Virus record (IMG/VR): IMGVR_UViG_3300021400_000103
From: a virus
Lineage: Duplodnaviria; Caudoviricetes
DNA: 64,000 nt
Strand: one strand, 5' to 3'
Position 1 is the stretch's first letter. Each line of letters opens with the position of its first letter. Made by a program: the position numbers and the translations under genes. Below, piece by piece: positions 20,870 to 28,220 of the stretch. The notes under the pieces were generated by a model. The model had not been told where the DNA came from and ran no database searches. It was given only the letters and a program-made list of their open reading frames with translations.

Positions 20870-21868
20870 ATGCCAAGTACGGTACCTGGATACAAAACGG
20901 TAAAACAAAGAATTGTTAATTCAAACGGTGACTATGAACTAGTATCCATGTGGACACATTCCGATACGATCGAGTTGCCTGACGGACAACCGCTGACTAA
21001 CAAAGTAAATCGTGGCGTGTATATTGACACAAAAGAAACAAGTGACATGTTGATCGAACCACCGGCAATCGATGATTATGACGTATCACCAAATAAGTTG
21101 TGGAGTTCGCAGAAGATTAATAACGAACTTGAGAACAAAGCTACTCTGGATGATACATCGTTGACAACCGATGCAACATGGAGTGCTTATAAGATTAACA
21201 ATGCACTATCTACAAAGGGAACTATTAACGACAGCATCACCGCTACCAGCTCGACATGGAGTTCTAGTAAGATAGGCGGGCTATTTGCAACCAAGGCGGA
21301 AATTAATGATAGTTTGCTCTCTTCTACTTCAACATATAGTTCGCAGAAGATTGAGAGCCTGATCGCTACTAGTACTGGAGCTATTGATGATGCGAAGACA
21401 GATACTACACACACATGGAGTTCGAGCAAGATTAATACGCAGATCAATACTCAGGTTGCTACCAAGGCAAGTATCAATGACAATACGCCGTCTAGTAGCA
21501 CCACGTATAGCGGAACAAAAATAGAAGCATTATATGCAAAGACAAACCGGAGCGTTGGCGATACAAGAACTCCAGTTTATTTTTCAGGAGGTGTTCCAGT
21601 TGCTACATCTATAATTATACGAAATTATGGTATAGCAGCTGGAAATGTTTTGGAAGTTGATGCTCCACATGAATCACTAGTTATTGTTGGTAAGTTAAAT
21701 AAATATGCCGTTGCATTTATTGATTATAAGGGTAATGTTATTAATATACATGCAGACTCTACTTTGGCGGATATTTATTATGATGATACAAGAAACATAT
21801 TAAGTGTATCAAATTCATATACTGGTCAACAGATTAGTGCATTGCTAATTGCGAGCGCTCCTCGTTAA
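20870..21868 (+). CDS. Fibre protein with DD....TWSS.KI repeats
   Basis: Six copies of (I/L)(N/D)D.....T(W/Y)S(S/A/G).KI. Confidence 0.6.
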   Translation: MPSTVPGYKTVKQRIVNSNGDYELVSMWTHSDTIELPDGQPLTNKVNRGVYIDTKETSDMLIEPPAIDDYDVSPNKLWSSQKINNELENKATLDDTSLTTDATWSAYKINNALSTKGTINDSITATSSTWSSSKIGGLFATKAEINDSLLSSTSTYSSQKIESLIATSTGAIDDAKTDTTHTWSSSKINTQINTQVATKASINDNTPSSSTTYSGTKIEALYAKTNRSVGDTRTPVYFSGGVPVATSIIIRNYGIAAGNVLEVDAPHESLVIVGKLNKYAVAFIDYKGNVINIHADSTLADIYYDDTRNILSVSNSYTGQQISALLIASAPR

Positions 21869-21897
21869 AAGTAAAGATTTAAAGGAGGTACAGAAAT

Positions 21898-23487
21898 ATG
21901 GCAGTTAATTGGAAACCATATGTATGTATGCAGACAAACTCCACATGTTATAGAAAGACCTCGACGATGAAAATTGTCGGGGTCTTATGGCATGATACGG
22001 GATGTAACAATCCTTGGCTGAGTCGTTATGTACAGCCTACGGAGGGATCTGCAAATTATGCAAAAGACATTGAAAAGATTGGTAAGAACCGAGCGGGGAC
22101 AGACTGGAACCATAAGGAAGTTCAAGCTGGACTGAACTGCTGGGTTGGAAAATTTGACGACGGATCTGTCGGTACAGTACAGAGTATGCCGTGGAATTTC
22201 CGTCCATGGGGATGTGGTGGCGGAAGCCGAGGAAGCTGTAATGACGGCTGGATACAATTCGAGATTATGTAAACCAACACAGGTCTCCGTGTAGGGTAAC
22301 CTGCATGTAAAAATACGCATTGAATTGCTGGAACGCCATAATGCTAATCATACCACAACGTAGGAATGAAATATGTCCAAGCGTGATGGTTACGAAAGTA
22401 GAAAGAAATGATTGGATGGGAGCGAGGTTAAATCCCCTGCTCTCTTTTTTAATTGGTAATCAGCAGCGAAGCTCCGAAAAGGAGAACGTTCAACGATCAT
22501 CCCGGGAGGGAGTAGGCAGCTTGTCGTCTGCCGGAGTGGTGCGCACCCTTATGAGGGTGAAGATATGATCTACGATATAGCTGTGAAGATGCTAAAACCG
22601 ACAAGGAGTATGCCCTTAAAGCATACAAAGAAGCTGTAAAACTTACTGCGTGGATTTGCGAACAGTACGGAATTGACCCCCATGGTACAGTACGCAAAGC
22701 TGGCAGAGATGTCCCGACTATCCTCTGCCACTGGGACAGCTATAATCTTGGACTCGGCAGTGGCCATTCGGACATTTACGACTGGACGGCTATGTGGGAT
22801 GCTCTTGGTATCAAGATTACAGACCGCAATGATCCGTACAACAACCCGATGATAACAAAACTTCGTAATGACGTGGCTGCACTGATGAAGAAAGTTGGCT
22901 GGTATGAAGAAGATGGTAAGTGGTACTACTACTATAACAGCGGAAAGTTCGCCGTTGGTTGGACAAAGATTAACAAGAAGTGGTATTACTTTGGTAATGA
23001 CGGTGTTATGAGGACAGGATGGCTTCAGGACAACAAGAACTGGTACTACCTCAACGACCAAGGAAAGATGGTTGTCGGATGGCAGTTCATCGATAACAAG
23101 TGGTACTTCTTCGCAAATAGTGGTGCCATGAAGACCGGATGGATTAAGTCTAAGAAGGATTGGTACTTCCTGAATAAAGATGGGTCTATGGCTACCGGAT
23201 GGATTCTGGATGGTAAGGCTCAGTATTACCTGAATAAGAATGGTGATATGGCGCACGAAGAGTGGATTAAGGATACTGATCCTACTGGAACAAACAAGGG
23301 ATATTACTGGCTCAGTAAGAACGGCAAGTTCACGTATCCATATTCTGGCAAGTGGACAAAGATCAAGGGAACGGATAAGTGGAAGTTCGAGGATAGTACC
23401 GGATGGTATGCCAAAGATGAGACTATCAAGATCGCCGGTGTATGCTACACATTTGATAAAGACGGATACTTGGTTGAAGATAAATAA
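21898..23487 (+). CDS. Endolysin (N-acetylmuramoyl-L-alanine amidase + choline-binding repeats), two exons 21898..22265 and 22581..23487
   Basis: Exon 1 has amidase_2-like LWHDTG..WGCG..IQFEI. Exon 2 resumes CEDA..TILCH..GHSD then about 8 WYY repeats. Joined ORF is 1275 nt (424 aa) with no stops. Confidence 0.9.
22266..22580 (+). ncRNA. Group I intron (IA-like), 315 nt, no homing endonuclease
   Basis: 5' exon ends in U and intron ends in G. IGS CACAG-GTCTC (22278-22287) pairs with both exons (P1 with U.G wobble, P10). P GAATTGCTGGAA, Q AATCAGCAG, R GTTCAACGATCA, S AAGATATGATC; P7 GATCA/TGATC; P8 CACCCT-TATG-AGGGTG. Confidence 0.93.
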
Positions 23488-23490
23488 TGC

Positions 23491-23519
23491 TTGACATTAT
23501 CCGTATGGTTTGATAATAT
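23491..23519 (+). promoter_or_regulatory. sigmaA-like promoter facing attP core
   Basis: TTGACA-N17-TAATAT. Confidence 0.45.
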
Positions 23520-23635
23520 ACCACTTGTGGTTACAAGGTCGCCAAAATAAAAACTTTCCCGAATAGGCGTAAAAAATCGGCGTAAAGTTGAAAAAAATAG
23601 GCGTAAGGCTTTGAAAACCGCATAAATAAAGGCAC

Positions 23636-23672
23636 AGGGGATTGGTCAAATGGTATGATAGGGGTCTCCAAA
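23636..23672 (+). other. 5' half of tRNA-Trp(CCA), putative att core
   Basis: AGGGGAT-TG-GTCA-AATGGTA-TGAT-A-GGGGT-CTCCAAA; similarity stops after the anticodon loop. Confidence 0.75.
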
Positions 23673-23708
23673 AACAGATGTGAGTATTTTTCAAGCACTA
23701 AAAAATAT

Positions 23709-23748
23709 AACCGCAAGCCCGCATAAATAAAGGGTTTGCGGTTTTTTT
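23709..23748 (+). terminator. Terminator within attP
   Basis: aaccgcaagccc...gggtttgcggtt followed by T-run. Confidence 0.65.
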
Positions 23749-23851
23749 GTCTCCTGACATTTTAGGCTTATTTCGGTAATAAGTGGTATCTAATGGTATC
23801 TATTTCGGCGTAAAATGGGCGTAAATTGTCACCCAAATGGGCGTAAGTCTG

Positions 23852-23881
23852 TTGACAAGCATTTCTTCGTTATGTTATAGT
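23852..23881 (+). promoter_or_regulatory. Integrase promoter
   Basis: TTGACA-N18 with extended TGnTATAGT. Confidence 0.6.
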
Positions 23882-23902
23882 CACATTAGAGGAGGTGATA
23901 TA

Positions 23903-25066
23903 ATGAAGAAACTTGCAAAACTTCCAAGAGGAGAAGGCAGTTTTTCCCGTAGAGCGAATGGATCTCTGGAGTATAAAAAGTATGTTCATGTTAACAACGG
24001 CACTATCCGCACTGTCGTGTACGGTAAAACCGAACGTGAGTGCATGGAGAAGATGCGTGAAAAGGAAGCGGCCATAAAAGAGCGGAGTAAGTTCACCTCT
24101 GATCAGTTACTCGGCGAAGCTCTTATCGTATGGATTAACAAAGTTAAGAAACCTACATTAAAGAAGCAGTCCTATGACAGACTTATAGGTGCAGCCCGTC
24201 AGATTGGTAAGTCAGATATTGGCCGCCGGTACTATAGCAAGATCGACACCATGGAACTTCAGCACTACATATATCATCTTCTTGAGTTGAGGTATGCATG
24301 GGGTACGATCAAGAAATCATATGATCTGCTCCGGGCCTTCTATCGCTACATGTCTATAAAGGAACAGTTTCGTGATCCAATGGCGCTGGTTGTTATGCCA
24401 AGGAAAGACAACGTCAAGGTAGATAGTCGGCAGATAGAATGGTTTGAAGAGGAAGATATCCAGAGGTTTACCGAAGCCTGTGATGCAAGGTGGAATACTG
24501 GTCGACTAAAGAATAAATACGCCTATGCTATCGCCGCCAATATATACCTCGGATTACGTGGTGGGGAACTTCTCAGTTTAAAATGGAAGGATGTAGACTT
24601 CGACAGAAACACAATATACGTATCAAAGACTTTGATTGAATACCGGGATAAGAACGGTAAGACTAAATTTGAAGTGCAGGAATCTACAAAGAGAGATAAG
24701 AACAGATATGTACCGATGAATTCAAAGGCCAAATCCTTCATGTTAAAGCATCTGGAGGAGAGTGAGTTTACGGATCCAGAAGACTTTGTGATATCAACGT
24801 CTAACCGTAGAACTACCACATTGAAGAATCTGTCGGACACTATCCGCAATATAGAGGAAGAAGCCGACACAACGGTACGTACTTACAATACGCATATCTT
24901 GCGTCATACATGCGCATCGCTGTACTTCAGAGCTGGCGTACCGGTCGAGACTATTTGTGCTATCCTCGGTAATACTCGTGAAGTATGTGAAAAAACATAT
25001 GTCCACTTCGCAGAGGAACAGCTCAAGAACGCTGCATCCAAAATTGTGCCGATTATTGAATTGTAG
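23903..25066 (+). CDS. int: Phage integrase (tyrosine recombinase with N-terminal arm-binding domain)
   Basis: RGEGS..R N-terminus, GLRGGELL.LKW.DVDF, HILRHT, LGN..TY; RBS ggagg before ATG 23903. Confidence 0.92.
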   Translation: MKKLAKLPRGEGSFSRRANGSLEYKKYVHVNNGTIRTVVYGKTERECMEKMREKEAAIKERSKFTSDQLLGEALIVWINKVKKPTLKKQSYDRLIGAARQIGKSDIGRRYYSKIDTMELQHYIYHLLELRYAWGTIKKSYDLLRAFYRYMSIKEQFRDPMALVVMPRKDNVKVDSRQIEWFEEEDIQRFTEACDARWNTGRLKNKYAYAIAANIYLGLRGGELLSLKWKDVDFDRNTIYVSKTLIEYRDKNGKTKFEVQESTKRDKNRYVPMNSKAKSFMLKHLEESEFTDPEDFVISTSNRRTTTLKNLSDTIRNIEEEADTTVRTYNTHILRHTCASLYFRAGVPVETICAILGNTREVCEKTYVHFAEEQLKNAASKIVPIIEL

Positions 25067-25121
25067 GATAAATTGAAGTGTGCTATACTCATTGTATAAT
25101 CCAATACAGGAGGATATACAC

Positions 25122-25472
25122 ATGGCTAGAAAGAACTATACGGAAGAACAAAAGAAATCCGCAGTAGACAAGGTTAAAGAGGTTGGAGTTAACAAAGCGT
25201 CCAAAGAGCTTGGCATTTCTACATCTACACTTACTGCTTGGAGTAAAGCCCAGGTAACACCCGAAAAGGAAGAAGTACCTAAGAAAGATGTTACACCTGT
25301 TAAGAAGACTACGGCTACAGTCAAAAAGACCCGCAAGTCTAGGAAAGGCTCACCCGAAGTTAAACGATTAGAGGAGCTTGAGAAGGAAAATCGCGAACTC
25401 TCAACACTCAACATGAAGCTGAAGGCTGAGAGAGATCAACTTAAGAAAGCAATTCGAGATATCATCTCATAA
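25122..25472 (+). CDS. IS3-OrfA-like HTH + coiled-coil protein (solo)
   Basis: RKNYTEEQK..AV....SKELGIS.STL..W HTH and leucine zipper LEELEKENREL..ERD.LKKA; own RBS and terminator; no OrfB. Confidence 0.65.
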   Translation: MARKNYTEEQKKSAVDKVKEVGVNKASKELGISTSTLTAWSKAQVTPEKEEVPKKDVTPVKKTTATVKKTRKSRKGSPEVKRLEELEKENRELSTLNMKLKAERDQLKKAIRDIIS

Positions 25473-25478
25473 TCCTTC

Positions 25479-25514
25479 AAAAGCCCAAGAGGTTGTTCCC
25501 CCTTGGGCTTTTTT
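25479..25514. terminator. Bidirectional terminator at the strand convergence
   Basis: aaaagcccaag...cttgggctttttt. Confidence 0.75.
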
Positions 25515-25518
25515 CGTC

Positions 25519-25686
25519 TCAGTTTATTGAATCCATATAAGCTTTAAACTTGTCCTCCGGGATGATATACTGCCTCCCAACCTTAACCTTCGGAAAATCC
25601 GGCTGGTTAATCATTTCATATATCTTCTTCATGCTAAAACCTAAAATGGATTGAATATCCTTTGGTTTGAGGTATTTAATCTCCAT
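25519..25686 (-). CDS. xis: Excisionase-like HTH protein (55 aa, not in ORF track)
   Basis: MEIKYLKPKDIQSILGFSMKKIYEMINQPDFPKVKVGRQYIIPEDKFKAYMDSIN. Confidence 0.8.
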   Translation of the reverse strand: MEIKYLKPKDIQSILGFSMKKIYEMINQPDFPKVKVGRQYIIPEDKFKAYMDSIN

Positions 25687-26443
25687 ACGCATTTCCTTTC
25701 AAATAATTATTTTTCTTTATTACAGCATCCAGCAGATCGTGGTTTACACCGCACTCTTCCGAAATATATGCCAGCGCTGCAATGTCTTTAGGTAAACAAC
25801 TCCCGCCATACCCACGATTATCTTCATATACGAATGTGTGGCTACGGCTAATGCGCGGATCTTTTAACCATACTTCCCGCAGTTCGTCGTAATCAACTCC
25901 GCACTTCTTTGCTATATCATACATCTCATTGCAGAATGTAACCTTAGTTGCATAGAAGCAATTCTCCATGTATTTAGCCAGTTCTGCGGTAGATGCATCC
26001 GTCTTAACAATCTCAACGTCTGCCGTGTACACCTTCTGATATTCTTTAACAACCTCTGCTGTATCCTCGGCGGATCCACCAAGCGTGATCCATGTGCGAT
26101 TCCTAAGATCCGCAAGTGGGTGATGATGTGTCTCGCCATAATACTCCGGTTGAAACACTATGCGCTTACCCAGCTCTTTCTTCTTACGTTCTGTATACCC
26201 TACTGGCACAGTGCTTCGAATTACTATTACCTTAGTAGTACACCAGTTAAGCACTTCGTCCACCGCAGTTGTGTCACAGTGTCCGTCGTCTGCCATCGGA
26301 GTAGGAACACACACAAATGCTATGTCGCATTCATTGATTTGTTCACGCGTGACATATCCTTTATATTTATCATATACAACTGCATCTTCGAACAGTTTAT
26401 TCATAGCTCCGCCAACATGTCCATTACCGATTATTCCTACCAT
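25676..26443 (-). CDS. UDP-glucose/GDP-mannose dehydrogenase family protein (lacks C-terminal domain)
   Basis: GNGHVG Rossmann motif, FVCVPTP, RSTVP.G, AELAKY.EN, GYGGSCLPKD catalytic Cys. Confidence 0.88.
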   Translation of the reverse strand: MVGIIGNGHVGGAMNKLFEDAVVYDKYKGYVTREQINECDIAFVCVPTPMADDGHCDTTAVDEVLNWCTTKVIVIRSTVPVGYTERKKKELGKRIVFQPEYYGETHHHPLADLRNRTWITLGGSAEDTAEVVKEYQKVYTADVEIVKTDASTAELAKYMENCFYATKVTFCNEMYDIAKKCGVDYDELREVWLKDPRISRSHTFVYEDNRGYGGSCLPKDIAALAYISEECGVNHDLLDAVIKKNNYLKGNAYGD

Positions 26444-26451
26444 ATCCCCTC

Positions 26452-27333
26452 CTAAGCGTAATATGTTACTATCATTCCGGTTGGTGTAACCGTGGTCTTT
26501 GTGGGTTTCGTCTTATCATATTCTATACGCTCTGCTTCAAAATTACGGCAGAACAGTTTAACCACCTTTGGGTTAAAGAAGTAATTCATTTCTCCTATAA
26601 TTTCGAACTTCTTGGGATGTTTATTCATACTCTTTAACCACACTTTGATCTCAGGATCCTTGTCTGAATAGATTAATTTATTTCCTCTAGCGACAATGAT
26701 TCTTTGGAACGGATAAAACGGATCTGTAACATTTACCCATCCAGACTTCCACGTACCCTCGAAGTAGTGGATGCCAATGGTTTTGGGCGTAATCAGATCC
26801 AATTTCCTAGTTGGGAAATACTCTTCGCCAAGTATCGTGAAGCCGTCATCGTAGGTTGTTAACTGTGATCCATGTATGTCATACATCTTGTACATGTTCT
26901 TAATAAACTCTTTATGAAGTATTGCCCCAGGAACAAGTCCTTCTTTTGCTCTCTTATAAAGCTCTGGAAAATATTTGCAGTCGCATCCGAGTACGCCTGA
27001 GTCCGGCTGACTTGGTTCAAATTCCGTAATAAATCCATGGTTATACTGAAGCAGTTCGTCAAGTGGTTTTATGAGTTGTACGTCTGTATCAAGGTAGATA
27101 CCGCTTGATTTACTAAGGAATTCAAGTCTTGCAGCGTTGCTCACGTAAGACCAGTTTTTATGCTCATATGCGGTCTTTGAATACGGAGTTGAGTTAACGT
27201 CAAAGTTATCTTCGTTGATTTCCACAATTTCATAGTCCGGGCATATCCTCTTCCATGACTCAATACACTTTTTGTTGAGTTCGGACATTTCTCCATGCCC
27301 AAACCAACAGTAGAAAATCCGCTTATCTATCAT
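26452..27333 (-). CDS. Glycosyltransferase, GT32-like (DXD)
   Basis: I.YCWFG..CIESW....PDYEI, GIYLDTDV, IHYF.GTW. Confidence 0.85.
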   Translation of the reverse strand: MIDKRIFYCWFGHGEMSELNKKCIESWKRICPDYEIVEINEDNFDVNSTPYSKTAYEHKNWSYVSNAARLEFLSKSSGIYLDTDVQLIKPLDELLQYNHGFITEFEPSQPDSGVLGCDCKYFPELYKRAKEGLVPGAILHKEFIKNMYKMYDIHGSQLTTYDDGFTILGEEYFPTRKLDLITPKTIGIHYFEGTWKSGWVNVTDPFYPFQRIIVARGNKLIYSDKDPEIKVWLKSMNKHPKKFEIIGEMNYFFNPKVVKLFCRNFEAERIEYDKTKPTKTTVTPTGMIVTYYA

Positions 27334-27352
27334 AGAGTTTTTTTCCCCCCCC

Positions 27353-27793
27353 CTACTTGCCAGTGCTTCCGATTCCGCCCTGTCCTCGCTCCGTATCAGA
27401 GAGAGTGTCTGTTTCTACTATATTAAAGAGATAATACGGGAGCAGTATCATCTGCGCCAAACGCTCTCCTCGTTCAATCATCTGAGGTTGTTCTCCGACA
27501 TTTGTAAATGCCATCATAATTTCGTTCCTATAATCATTGTCGATAACCCCAACATTATTAGGCAATGTCAGATGTCTCTTAATACCAACACTACTCCTCG
27601 GCACAACCATTCCCCAGAACCCATCCGGGAACTCGCAAGCGATACCACTACCTATAATCTTTGTTTCTCCTGGTAAAATCATTACAAACGGTTCGTGGAT
27701 GTCTGCATATAGGTCGATTCCAGCCGAATAGGCGGTACCTCTTTTTGGCAGTATCGCCGTATCACTAACTTTCTTAACCTTTAATTCAAGCAT
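27353..27793 (-). CDS. dut: dUTPase (trimeric)
   Basis: AGIDL, RSS, GVID.DYR, AQ, RG.GG.GSTG motifs. Confidence 0.95.
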   Translation of the reverse strand: MLELKVKKVSDTAILPKRGTAYSAGIDLYADIHEPFVMILPGETKIIGSGIACEFPDGFWGMVVPRSSVGIKRHLTLPNNVGVIDNDYRNEIMMAFTNVGEQPQMIERGERLAQMILLPYYLFNIVETDTLSDTERGQGGIGSTGK

Positions 27794-27950
27794 TTTTTAA
27801 TCCCTCCAATTTTTCTTTTAGCTGCCGAATATCAAATGATAACCGTCTACTTGTATTCCAATCCGTTGTGTTCCAACGGTCTTTCATATCTAAGACGAAT
27901 TTGGCGTTTTCCAATTCATCTATCTTTGATCTGATTTCTTCTTCTGTCAT
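27786..27950 (-). CDS. 54-aa hypothetical protein (paralog of 27947..28111)
   Basis: MTEEEIRSKIDELENAKFVLDMKDRWNTTDW... Confidence 0.6.
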   Translation of the reverse strand: MTEEEIRSKIDELENAKFVLDMKDRWNTTDWNTSRRLSFDIRQLKEKLEGLKNA

Positions 27951-28111
27951 GCGTACCCCTCATTTAATTGGTTAAAACAGTACACAATCTGTTGCGACAA
28001 CCTAAGACTCTGTAGCTCATCTATTTCGTCCCAGTCATCCTTGCAATCCAAGATAAACTGTTTGTGTTGCAGGTCTTGAAGTTGTGCTTCTATATCTTGC
28101 CTGTTCATCAT
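27947..28111 (-). CDS. 54-aa hypothetical protein
   Basis: MMNRQDIEAQLQDLQHKQFILDCKDDWDEID...; RBS aaggag. Confidence 0.6.
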   Translation of the reverse strand: MMNRQDIEAQLQDLQHKQFILDCKDDWDEIDELQSLRLSQQIVYCFNQLNEGYA

Positions 28112-28220
28112 TTTTTTCTCCTTCTATAATATGTACGGTTACCCCAACTCCGCCGTACCGCATCAGTCGCCCAAAAATTGTCACTCGTTGCCGAGGCTGA
28201 TGTTGCCCATGAAATGTGTT

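Larger units (their letters stand above)
23566..23846. other. attP region: arm-type repeats flanking a tRNA-Trp-derived core
   Basis: GGCGTAA at 23566, 23579, 23600 and 23807, 23818, 23840; CCGCATAAATAAAGG x2; TGGTATCTA x2; lies between lysin and integrase. Confidence 0.8.

Noticed and set aside
22320-22568. 82-aa ORF inside the intron as a homing endonuclease
   Set aside because: No LAGLIDADG/GIY-YIG/HNH motif, no RBS, and it runs through the ribozyme core.
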